From an uncultured Spirochaetaceae bacterium (GTDB taxonomy: Bacteria > Myxococcota_A > UBA9160 > UBA4427): a DNA stretch of 32,258 bases. The translations under genes were made by a program, and so were the position numbers. This document shows positions 8,440 through 16,143 of the stretch, piece by piece. The DNA lies in NCBI GenBank assembly GCA_964519695.1, contig CAZFKD010000001.1, positions 1 to 32,258 of the forward strand, written 5' to 3'. How positions within the stretch are numbered: the first letter of the stretch is position 1; each line of letters begins with the position of its first letter. The notes below the pieces were generated by a model. That model was not told the origin of the DNA and did no database searches. It worked only from the letters and a program-made list of their open reading frames with translations.

Positions 8440-8751
8440 ATGTACGCTGTCGTACGCAGCGGTGGGAAGCAGTATCGCGTGAGCCCGGGTGGCTCGCTGC
8501 GAGTGGAGCGTCTGGCGGGCGAGGTCGGCTCGAAGGTGACCCTGGCCGACGTCTTGTTGATCGGCAGCGACGAGGCCGTGCGGATCGGCGCGCCGACGCT
8601 CGCGGGGGCCTCGGTCGTGGGCACGATCGTCGCGCAGGATCGCGCGGCGAAGGTGATGACGTTCAAGCACAAGCGCCGCAAGGGCTATCGCCGCAAGTAC
8701 GGCCATCGCCAGGACTACACCGAGATCCGAGTGGATCAGATCCAGGGCTAG
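8440..8751 (+). CDS. rplU: 50S ribosomal protein L21
   Basis: MYAVVRSGGKQYRV...KVMTFKHKRRKGYRRKYGHRQ is the canonical L21 sequence. ATG at 8440, 13 nt after the rng stop. Confidence 0.95.
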   Translation: MYAVVRSGGKQYRVSPGGSLRVERLAGEVGSKVTLADVLLIGSDEAVRIGAPTLAGASVVGTIVAQDRAAKVMTFKHKRRKGYRRKYGHRQDYTEIRVDQIQG

Positions 8752-8762
8752 TCCGCCTGTTC

Positions 8763-8828
8763 ATCGGATCCGAGCGCTGCTCGGATCCTGTCTCGCAATC
8801 GGATCCGAGCTCGGCCCGGATCCTGTCT
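8763..8828 (+). repeat. Two 31-nt imperfect direct repeats in the rplU-rpmA spacer, each a GGATCC-containing hairpin
   Basis: Copy A, 8763-8793: atcggatccgagcgctgctcggatcctgtct, with a 10-bp stem ggatccgagc/gctcggatcc. Copy B, 8798-8828: atcggatccgagctcggcccggatcctgtct, with a 7-bp stem ggatccg/cggatcc. Confidence 0.8.
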
Positions 8829-8886
8829 TACCGAATCCGGGCAAGCCGCAGATCCGAACCCGCTCGAGAGTCAGGACGAATCAGAG

Positions 8887-9132
8887 ATGGCGCATAAAAA
8901 AGGTCAGGGCAGCTCCCGCAACGGTCGCGACAGCGATGGCCAGCGCCGGGGCGTCAAGGTTTTCGGTGGTCAGGAGATCTCGGCCGGCTCGATCATCGTC
9001 CGACAGGTCGGCTCGAAGATCCACGCGGGCCGCAACGTCGGTCGCGGCAAGGACTTCACGCTCTTCGCCCTGAAGGACGGCAAGGTCCGCTTCGGGACCT
9101 CGCGCGGCCGAACCGTCGCACATATTGACTAG
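8887..9132 (+). CDS. rpmA: 50S ribosomal protein L27
   Basis: [23 protein letters not shown]...GSIIVRQ.G.K.H.G.NVG.GKD.TLFA is the canonical L27 sequence. Confidence 0.95.
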   Translation: MAHKKGQGSSRNGRDSDGQRRGVKVFGGQEISAGSIIVRQVGSKIHAGRNVGRGKDFTLFALKDGKVRFGTSRGRTVAHID

Positions 9133-9230
9133 CGTCGGTCCCGACGGCTCGACGAGCGTCGGTCCCGACGGCTCGAAGAACGTCGGCCGATCGGGATCGA
9201 CGAGCGTCGATCCGAGCAGCGTCGGTACCT
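9131..9230 (+). repeat. 24-bp tandem repeat in the rpmA-obg spacer: two near-identical units, one degenerate unit and partial copies
   Basis: Units: agcgtcggtcccgacggctcgacg (9131-9154), agcgtcggtcccgacggctcgaag (9155-9178), aacgtcggccgatcgggatcgacg (9179-9202), then agcgtcgatccgagcagcgtcggtacc. The two near-identical units each contain the palindrome cgtcgg-tc-ccgacg. Confidence 0.85.
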
Positions 9231-9368
9231 GGCGGACCCCGCCTTCGCTCCGCCCGGAAGTCGACCGGAGCGATCGCGTCGTTGGGGGTCGCGGCTCGAT
9301 TTCTCGCAGACCGCAGCCCCATCCTCGATGCGACGCCTCCGAGCGAGGCGCCGCCGCCGGCGACGATC

Positions 9369-10685
9369 ATGAAGCACGCACATCTCTTCGTCGACGAGGC
9401 CCTGCTCGAAGTCCAGTCGGGCTCGGGAGGGGACGGCAACGTCTCGTTCCGGCGTGAGAAATACATTCCGAACGGTGGGCCGAATGGCGGGGACGGCGGC
9501 CGGGGCGGCGATATCGTGCTCGTCGCCGACACCAACGTCGCGACACTGCTCGATCTGAAATCCGCGCGCCGCATCAAGGCCGCGGACGGAGAGCCCGGGG
9601 GCGGCACCGACAAGAAGGGTGCCTCCGGCGCGCCGGTCGAGATCCGCGTCCCGGTCGGCACCCTCGTCTACGCGCTCGAAGACCTCCCGGTCGCCCGGTC
9701 CGCCTCCCGCCACATCGGCAGCTACACAGGCGCGGCCCCGGGCGAAGGCGTCGGCGAGGGGGAGGGCGATTTCGAGCCGGGCGACGCCCCGGACGCATCG
9801 ATCGACGGGATCGACGAAGACGACGCCGGGTACGGCGGCAGCCGCCTCATCGAGATCGAGCCCGAGCAAACCGACGAAGCGCAGGACGCCGGCGCGATCG
9901 AGCAGGAGCTCCTTCGGGGCGATGCCTCCGATGGAGAGCCGGCGCCGATCGCCGACCTGACGCGCCACGGCCAGCGCATCGTCGTCGCACGCGGCGGCCG
10001 CGGCGGTCTCGGCAACGCGCGCTTCAAGACCTCGACGCGCCAGGCGCCGGACTTCGCGACGCCGGGCAAGCCCGGCCAGTGCAGGCGCATCCGGCTCTCG
10101 CTCAAGCTGATGGCCGATGTCGGCCTCGTGGGATTCCCGAACGCCGGCAAGTCGACGCTGCTGCGCCGGATCTCCGCGGCGAGGCCGCGCGTCGCCAACT
10201 ATCCCTTCACGACCCTCGTTCCGTCCCTCGGCGTGGTCGAGCGCGGCGAGCGGCGCTGCGTCGTCGCCGACATCCCCGGACTGATCGAAGGCGCGAGCGA
10301 GGGCGCCGGGCTCGGCCACCAGTTCCTGCGCCACGTCGAGCGCACGCGCGTCCTGATCCATCTGCTCGACGTCGAGGCGATGCTGCTCCAGGGGCGCGAT
10401 CTGCAGGCCGACTACGTCGCGATCCGCCGCGAACTCGGGCGCTACCGGCCCGAGCTGCTCGAGCGCCACGAAATCGTCGTGCTCAACAAATGCGACCTGA
10501 TCCACGACCCCTCCCAGCTCGCCGACCTCGAGGCGCGCCTCGCGAAGCAGGGCCTCACGCCGCTGCGCATCTCCGGCGCGACCAACCTCGGCATCGACGC
10601 GCTGCTCGCACGCATGTTCGAGGCCGTCGACCGCGCGCGACGCGAGGACGCGGCGAAGGAAACGGGCGAAACGAGGCAAGCGTGA
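9369..10685 (+). CDS. obg: GTPase Obg/CgtA, with a roughly 86-aa acidic insertion in the N-terminal Obg fold
   Basis: FVDEA...GGDG.VSFRREKYIPNGGPNGGDGGRGG (glycine-rich Obg fold). GTPase motifs GFPNAGKSTLL, DIPGLIEGASEGAGLG and NKCD. Start taken at MKHAHLFVDEA (9369). Confidence 0.9.
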   Translation: MKHAHLFVDEALLEVQSGSGGDGNVSFRREKYIPNGGPNGGDGGRGGDIVLVADTNVATLLDLKSARRIKAADGEPGGGTDKKGASGAPVEIRVPVGTLVYALEDLPVARSASRHIGSYTGAAPGEGVGEGEGDFEPGDAPDASIDGIDEDDAGYGGSRLIEIEPEQTDEAQDAGAIEQELLRGDASDGEPAPIADLTRHGQRIVVARGGRGGLGNARFKTSTRQAPDFATPGKPGQCRRIRLSLKLMADVGLVGFPNAGKSTLLRRISAARPRVANYPFTTLVPSLGVVERGERRCVVADIPGLIEGASEGAGLGHQFLRHVERTRVLIHLLDVEAMLLQGRDLQADYVAIRRELGRYRPELLERHEIVVLNKCDLIHDPSQLADLEARLAKQGLTPLRISGATNLGIDALLARMFEAVDRARREDAAKETGETRQA

Positions 10686-11830
10686 TGGCGCAGTCCGACC
10701 CCTGGAAGCAGGTCCCCCGAGCGAAGCGGATCGTGGTCAAGATCGGCTCGAGCACCCTGACCCGCGACGGCCAGCTCCGCCCCGCCAAGTTCACCGCCAT
10801 CGCCCGAGACGTCTTCCGCGTCCGCAAGCTCGGCCATCAGGTCGTCGTCGTCTCCTCCGGCGCCATCGCGATCGGCTCCGGCCGCCTCGGCTGGGACCAC
10901 AACGGCCGCACGATTCGCGAGAAGCAGGCCGCGGCCGCCGTCGGCCAGATCGGCCTCGTCGAGCTCTATCAGCGCCGTTTCGCGCGTCATGGCCTGCACG
11001 TCGGTCAGGTCCTGCTGACCCGCGCCGGCCTCGAAAACCGCGAGCGCTTCATGAACGCCCGCCACACGATGCTCGAGCTGCTCGGCCTCGGTGTCGTCCC
11101 CATCGTCAACGAGAACGACACGGTCGCCACCGAGGAGATCCGCTTCGGCGACAACGACAATCTCGCGGCGACGATCGTCAACGTCGTCGGCGGCGACCTG
11201 CTCGTGATCCTCACCGACGTCGAGGGCCTCTACGAAAGGCCGCCCGAGGCCGGAAAGCCGAAGCCCCCGCTGATCCGCACCGTCCCCAAGATCACGCCCG
11301 CCATCGAGCGCATCGCGAGCGGCGCCGGCTCCCGCTACGGCAGCGGCGGCATGATCACGAAGCTGCAGGCCGCCCGGAACGCGGCCCACTCCGGCGCCGC
11401 CACGATCCTGTGTCATGGCCAGGTCCCCGGCATCCTCGAGAAGCTCGTCTCGGGCGAACGCCACGGTACCCTCTTCGAGCCCGGCGAGAAGCTGCGCGGC
11501 CACAAGCACTGGCTCGCCTTCACGGCCAAGAGCCGCGGCCGGATCGTGATCGATGCCGGCGCGGTACGCGCGCTCTGCGAGCGGGGGCGGAGCCTGCTGC
11601 CTGCCGGCATCCTGCGTGTCGAGGGGGAGTTCCGGATCGGCGAGTCGGTGACCTGCGTGAACGAGAGTGGACAGGAGGTCGCACGGGGGCTCGCGAGCTA
11701 TTCGTCCCTCGACGTCGCCCGGCTCGCAGGCGAGCGGACGAACGCGATCGAGCGGGTGCTAGGATACGCGAACGGCGACGAGATCATCCATCGCGACGAT
11801 CTCGTGCTGCTCCGCGAGACGCGCGACTGA
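10685..11830 (+). CDS. proB: Glutamate 5-kinase with C-terminal PUA domain
   Basis: RIVVKIGSS.LT, VVVVSSGAIA.G, VPIVNENDTVATEEIRFGDNDNLAA, GGMITKL.AA, and the PUA segment GRIVIDAGAV.AL...GRSLLPAGI. The ATG overlaps the obg stop (TGATG at 10683-10687). Confidence 0.92.
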   Translation: MAQSDPWKQVPRAKRIVVKIGSSTLTRDGQLRPAKFTAIARDVFRVRKLGHQVVVVSSGAIAIGSGRLGWDHNGRTIREKQAAAAVGQIGLVELYQRRFARHGLHVGQVLLTRAGLENRERFMNARHTMLELLGLGVVPIVNENDTVATEEIRFGDNDNLAATIVNVVGGDLLVILTDVEGLYERPPEAGKPKPPLIRTVPKITPAIERIASGAGSRYGSGGMITKLQAARNAAHSGAATILCHGQVPGILEKLVSGERHGTLFEPGEKLRGHKHWLAFTAKSRGRIVIDAGAVRALCERGRSLLPAGILRVEGEFRIGESVTCVNESGQEVARGLASYSSLDVARLAGERTNAIERVLGYANGDEIIHRDDLVLLRETRD

Positions 11831-11844
11831 GCGATTCCGAGATC

Positions 11845-11914
11845 GAGAGTCCTAGATAGAGAGTCCTAGATAGAGAGTCCTAGATAGAGAGCCCGAGATA
11901 GAGAGCCCGAGATG
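11845..11914 (+). repeat. 14-bp tandem repeat x5 filling the proB-proA spacer and ending in the proA ATG
   Basis: gagagtcctagata x3 (11845-11886), then gagagcccgagata (11887-11900), then gagagcccgagatg (11901-11914), whose last three bases are the proA start codon. Confidence 0.95.
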
Positions 11915-13213
11915 ACGACCCGAGTCGACCGAGATCGATCCGAAACGACCGCTTCGTCCGCTCTCGCGGCCGAGATGCGCGCGCTCGCCGGGGCTGCGCG
12001 CGCCGCGAGCGAACGGACGGCCGAACTCGGGACGCGCCAGAAGAACGAATGGCTCGCCTGCGCGGCAGCCCGGCTCGAGGCAGCCCGGGAGAAGATCCTC
12101 GCGGCGAACGCGAAGGACGTCGCGAGCGCGGAGGAGAAGGGCGTCGAGGCGCCGCTGCGCGGCCGGCTCGCGCTCTCGGACGGCAAATGGCGCGACATGC
12201 TGCAGGGACTGCGCGACGTCGCCGCCCTGCCCGACCCCGTCGGCCGGATCTCGAACCACAGCGTGCGGCCGAACGGCCTGCGGGTCGGACAGATGTCGAT
12301 CCCGCTCGGTGTCATCGCGATGATCTACGAGGCGCGCCCCAACGTGACCGTCGATGCGGCGGCGCTCTGCCTGAAGGCGGGCAACGCGGTGATCCTGCGC
12401 GGCGGCTCCGAGGCGATCCATTCGAACCTCGCCCTCGGCGAGGAGCTGCGCGCGGCGGCTCGTGAGGTCGGGATTCCCGAGGGCGCGATCACGATCCTGC
12501 CGACGGTCGATCGCGCGGCGATCGACGTCCTGCTCGGTCTCTCCGACCTGATCGATCTCGTGATCCCGCGCGGCGGGCCCGGGCTGATCCGGAAGGTGCG
12601 GGCGCAGTCGACGATCCCGGTGATCGCGCACGACGCCGGGGTGTGTCATGTGTTCATCGACGAGAGCGCGTCGGCGGAGATGGCGGTCGCGATCGTCCAC
12701 GAATCGAAGCTGCGGCAGATGGCGGTCTGCAACGGACTCGAAACGCTGCTGTGCCACCGCGGCGCGGCCGATCGCGTACTCCCGCTCGTCCTGAAGGACC
12801 TGCGCGAGGCGGGCGTCGAGATCCGGGGCTGCGCGGCGACCCGCGCGATCTTCGGCGACGCCATCTCGGCCTCCGACGCGGACTGGGCGGAGGAGTTCCT
12901 CGCGCCGATCCTCGCGGTCCGGATCGTCGACTCGATGGACCAGGCGATCGAGCACATCCGCCGCTACGGCTCGAACCATACGGAGATCATCCTGACGAAC
13001 GACTACGCGAACAGCCAGGAATGGCTGCGGCGCGTCAATTCGTCGACGGTCGGCGTCAACTGCTCGACCGGCTTCTCGGACGGCTTCCAGCTCGGGCTCG
13101 GCGCCGAGATCGGAATCTCGACGACGAAGCTCCACGCCTACGGACCGATGGGTCTCGAGGGGCTCACGACGCGCAAGTTCGTGCTCATGGGCGACGGTCA
13201 GCTGCGCGGATGA
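11912..13213 (+). CDS. proA: Gamma-glutamyl phosphate reductase (glutamate-5-semialdehyde dehydrogenase)
   Basis: 433-aa ORF with PLGVIAMIYEARPNVTVDAAALCLKAGNAVILRGGSEA, CNGLETLL and HTE.I.T (aldehyde dehydrogenase-type ProA). Follows proB as in the canonical proBA operon. Confidence 0.92.
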   Translation: MTTRVDRDRSETTASSALAAEMRALAGAARAASERTAELGTRQKNEWLACAAARLEAAREKILAANAKDVASAEEKGVEAPLRGRLALSDGKWRDMLQGLRDVAALPDPVGRISNHSVRPNGLRVGQMSIPLGVIAMIYEARPNVTVDAAALCLKAGNAVILRGGSEAIHSNLALGEELRAAAREVGIPEGAITILPTVDRAAIDVLLGLSDLIDLVIPRGGPGLIRKVRAQSTIPVIAHDAGVCHVFIDESASAEMAVAIVHESKLRQMAVCNGLETLLCHRGAADRVLPLVLKDLREAGVEIRGCAATRAIFGDAISASDADWAEEFLAPILAVRIVDSMDQAIEHIRRYGSNHTEIILTNDYANSQEWLRRVNSSTVGVNCSTGFSDGFQLGLGAEIGISTTKLHAYGPMGLEGLTTRKFVLMGDGQLRG

Positions 13214-13929
13214 TCCGAAGCCCGCGCGCGCCGCGCATCGGATTGTTCGGGGGCACCTTCAATCCGATCCATCTCGGCCACCTGCGCGCCGCGGAAGAGG
13301 TGCGCGAGGCCCTCGAGCTCGACCAGATCGACTTCGTCCCGAGCGCCGTCCCGCCCCACAAGCGCGAGCGCGAGGGCGATCCGATCGCGCCCGCGGCGCT
13401 GCGGCTCGCCTGGGTCGAGGGGGCGATCGCCGGCCATCCCGCCTTCGACGTCGATCGGGTCGAGATCGACCGCAGCGGCCCGTCCTACCTCGTCGACACG
13501 CTGACGCTGATCCGGGACCGGGATCCCGAGGGCGCGCCACCGGTCTTCATCGTCGGCGAGGACGCCTTCGCCGAGATGGGCGAATGGCGCTCGCCTCTGC
13601 GAATCTTCGAGCTCGCCGATTTCGCGGTCATGACGCGGCCGCCGGGCCGGATCCGGGATCTGGCCGAGCGCATGCCCGAGGTCGTACGGGAGCGATTCCG
13701 CTTCGAGCCGGGCGGACGCGTCGCGCTGCACCGGACGGCCGGGACCCGCATCGAACTGGTCGAGATCACCGCGCTCGACGTTTCCTCGAGCGGGATCCGG
13801 CGGGCGTGCCGCGAGGGCCGGTCGATCCGGTATCTCGTTCCGGAGACGATTCGCAGCGCGATCGAACAGAGCGGATGTTACGCCGCGAGCGAAGCTCGGG
13901 AAGCGGCAGGAGAGAGGACGAGTCGATGA
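13210..13929 (+). CDS. nadD: Nicotinate-nucleotide adenylyltransferase
   Basis: IGLFGGTFNPIHLGHL (the H/TxGH motif), PPHK, and SSSGIRR near the C-terminus. The ATG overlaps the proA stop (ATGA at 13210-13213). Confidence 0.9.
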   Translation: MIRSPRAPRIGLFGGTFNPIHLGHLRAAEEVREALELDQIDFVPSAVPPHKREREGDPIAPAALRLAWVEGAIAGHPAFDVDRVEIDRSGPSYLVDTLTLIRDRDPEGAPPVFIVGEDAFAEMGEWRSPLRIFELADFAVMTRPPGRIRDLAERMPEVVRERFRFEPGGRVALHRTAGTRIELVEITALDVSSSGIRRACREGRSIRYLVPETIRSAIEQSGCYAASEAREAAGERTSR

Positions 13930-14363
13930 CGACGGTCGAACCGAAGCAGAAGGCGCGCTGGATCGTCGAGGCCGCCCTCGACCGAAAGGCCGAACGGCCG
14001 ATCGTACTCGACATGCGCAGTCTCACGTTCTACGCGGATACCTTCATCGTGCTCACCGGCCGCTCGGACCGGCAGGTGCGGGCGATCGCCGAAGGCGTGC
14101 TCGAGGCTCTGCAGGCCCATGGCGAGACGCCCCTCGGCGTCGAGGGCATGGACGACGGCGTCTGGGTCCTGATCGATTGCAACGACGCGATCGTCCACGT
14201 CTTCGATCCGGAGGCGCGGATCAAGTTCGACCTCGAGCGCCTCTGGCAGGACGCGCCGCGCATCGACCTCGAGATCGAGGGCATCGATCCGAACCCGGAG
14301 TCCGGCGGCCGCTCGGCGGACGACGACGACAGAGCCGATCCCGCGGCCGACCCGGCCGCCTGA
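13926..14363 (+). CDS. rsfS: Ribosome silencing factor RsfS (iojap family) with an acidic C-terminal tail
   Basis: A.DRKAE.PIVLDMR....ADTFIVLTGRSDRQVRAIAEGV...W.LIDC.D.IVHVF....R..FDLE.LW. The ATG overlaps the nadD stop (ATGA at 13926-13929). Confidence 0.9.
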   Translation: MTTVEPKQKARWIVEAALDRKAERPIVLDMRSLTFYADTFIVLTGRSDRQVRAIAEGVLEALQAHGETPLGVEGMDDGVWVLIDCNDAIVHVFDPEARIKFDLERLWQDAPRIDLEIEGIDPNPESGGRSADDDDRADPAADPAA

Positions 14364-14433
14364 GCCGAAGTCCGAACGACCCGGTCCCGAAATCCGGCGT
14401 CGCGCCTCGTGCGACGGAAAGTCGAAGGGTGCG

Positions 14434-16068
14434 ATGGATCGCGCGGACCCGCTGCGTCGGCGCGGGGGAGGGCGCCGCGGTCGCCGGCGGCGGTGCTGGA
14501 GCGCGCTCAGCCTCCTCGGGAGATCGCTCGCCGACCGCTTGCTCCTGCTCGAGCCGGCCTTCACATTCGCGGCCGCCCGCGTCCGCGCCGTCGCGTACGC
14601 GCTCGCGGCCGGCGAATGCGCGGCGTGCGGCGAGGCGATCGCACGCGGAGCCGCGCGACCGCTCTGTCGGGCCTGTGCGCTCGCGCTGCCCTGGTGGCGG
14701 CGCGCCGACGGATGCCCCCTCTGCGGCATGCCGACCGATCCGCAGCGCGCCGGAAGCGAAGCGAGCTGGGACACGACCCCGGGCGGGCTCGCCGGTTGTC
14801 CCGCCTGCCTCGCCGCGGGCAGCCCGCTCCACCGTTGCCTGGCAGCGACCCGCCACGCCGATCCGGTCGCACGCCTGATCCCCGCGTTCAAGAATCCGAG
14901 GGGCCCCTTCGGCCCTCCGCCCGGCACGCGGCTGCTCGTCGAGTACCTGGCCGAAGCGCTGGTCGACCGACTCCGCGCGGAGACCCGCGCCCTGCCCGAT
15001 CTCGTCGTCCCGATCCCGCTGCATCCGCGCCGGCTGCGCCGAAGGGGCTTCAATCCATCGGACTGGATCGCCGTCCGGATCGCCCGCCGCATCGGATGCC
15101 CCTTCGCGCCAGGCCTGCTGGCGCGCATCCGGGATACCGGGACCCAGGCCGGCCGCTCCGCCCGCGAGCGTCGAGCCCAGCTCGCCGCCGCCTTTCGGGT
15201 CACCCTCCGCGTCCCGGGATCGACGGCGCCGCACGTCCCGCAAACGGCTGACGAACGCGGCCCCGCGCCCCGGCCCTCCTCCCGTCGCGCGATTCGACCG
15301 CTCGCCGGCCTCCGCATCGCCCTCGTCGACGATGTCCTCACCACGGGCAGCACCCTCGAGGCAGCAGCCGAGGCGCTCCTCGACGCCGGTGCGGCCGAGG
15401 TCGTCGCCCTGACCTTGTCTGCCACCCTCCCGCCGCGGCGGGCGCGCCCCGGGACGGCCGCGTATGCTCCGGCGCCCCAACCGCCCAGGAGCCCCGCCAT
15501 GCGCGCCTCTCGCCGGATCGCCCCGAACGTCCTCGTGGTCGCAATCGCCCTCGTTCTCGGAGTCGGGTTCGGATTCGCCTTCGCAGCGCTACCCGACGCA
15601 CAGGCGGCCGACGAGGTCGCGAAGCCGGATCCCGCGTTTCGCACCGCGATGAAGCGCTTCCTCGTCGCTCAGAACATCCCCGCCCAGATGGGCGAGCAGA
15701 TGACCTACTCCGCCGCCGAGCAGGTCCTGCAGGGTCTCGCTTCGACCGGCATCCCGATCACGGAGCCGATGCAGGCGATCGTCCTCGAGGAGGCCCGCAA
15801 GGATTTCGGTCAGCGCTTCAGCGACGTCGAATTTCTCGCCGATCTCTACTCGACGGTTTACGTCCAGCATTTCTCCGCGAAGGAGATCGCCGCGATCGCC
15901 GATTTCTGGGAATCGCCGGTCGCGAAGAAGCTGCTCGCGCAGACGCCGACGCTGAACGAAGCCTTCATCGGCAAGATGCAGGAAGCGACCGGCCCCCTGA
16001 CCGAGCCGTTCCAGACCCGCGTCGACCAGCGCCTGCGCGATGCCGGCATGCTCGGCAACGCGCCCTGA
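14434..16068 (+). CDS. ComF-family phosphoribosyltransferase-like protein. Its reading frame continues without a stop into a signal/TM segment plus a DUF2059 domain.
   Basis: N-terminal Cys clusters (CAACGE..CRAC, CPLCG..CPACL). PRT motif IALVDDVLTTGSTLEAAA. No in-frame stop until 16068. Confidence 0.6.
   Translation: MDRADPLRRRGGGRRGRRRRCWSALSLLGRSLADRLLLLEPAFTFAAARVRAVAYALAAGECAACGEAIARGAARPLCRACALALPWWRRADGCPLCGMPTDPQRAGSEASWDTTPGGLAGCPACLAAGSPLHRCLAATRHADPVARLIPAFKNPRGPFGPPPGTRLLVEYLAEALVDRLRAETRALPDLVVPIPLHPRRLRRRGFNPSDWIAVRIARRIGCPFAPGLLARIRDTGTQAGRSARERRAQLAAAFRVTLRVPGSTAPHVPQTADERGPAPRPSSRRAIRPLAGLRIALVDDVLTTGSTLEAAAEALLDAGAAEVVALTLSATLPPRRARPGTAAYAPAPQPPRSPAMRASRRIAPNVLVVAIALVLGVGFGFAFAALPDAQAADEVAKPDPAFRTAMKRFLVAQNIPAQMGEQMTYSAAEQVLQGLASTGIPITEPMQAIVLEEARKDFGQRFSDVEFLADLYSTVYVQHFSAKEIAAIADFWESPVAKKLLAQTPTLNEAFIGKMQEATGPLTEPFQTRVDQRLRDAGMLGNAP
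15499..16068 (+). CDS. Alternative reading of the distal part of the same ORF: a separately initiated secreted DUF2059 protein
   Basis: The internal ATG at 15499 gives MRASRRIAPNVLVVAIALVLGVGFGFAFAALPDAQAA, a signal-peptide-like sequence. It is followed by YVQHFSAKEIAAIADFWESPVAKKLL (DUF2059 signature). Confidence 0.5.
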   Translation: MRASRRIAPNVLVVAIALVLGVGFGFAFAALPDAQAADEVAKPDPAFRTAMKRFLVAQNIPAQMGEQMTYSAAEQVLQGLASTGIPITEPMQAIVLEEARKDFGQRFSDVEFLADLYSTVYVQHFSAKEIAAIADFWESPVAKKLLAQTPTLNEAFIGKMQEATGPLTEPFQTRVDQRLRDAGMLGNAP

Positions 16069-16143
16069 TTCCCAGGCGAAAGAGGGCGCCCTGATGCGCC
16101 TCCAACGCAAGACGGTGTCCTGACGGACGACCCGATCGGATCT

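Noticed and set aside
6375-8681. 768-aa minus-strand ORF antisense to rng and rplU, plus similar long antisense ORFs such as 13878-15644, 9129-10679, 11852-13135 and 26895-28502
   Set aside because: Each overlaps a gene with unmistakable family motifs on the other strand. Their translations are Arg/Ala/Gly/Pro-rich with no recognisable domains.
9125-9457. 110-aa TTG-initiated ORF reading the 24-bp repeats as TSVGPDGS units
   Set aside because: It starts inside the rpmA 3' end. It has no ribosome-binding site, poor codon bias after the repeats, and it overlaps the obg start. The repeats are better explained as a DNA or RNA element.
9131-11914. Whether the tandem repeats at 9131-9230 and 11845-11914 could be CRISPR arrays
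   Set aside because: The units are directly adjacent with no spacers and are only 14-24 bp long, with 3-5 copies, and no cas genes are in the window. They are simple tandem repeats.
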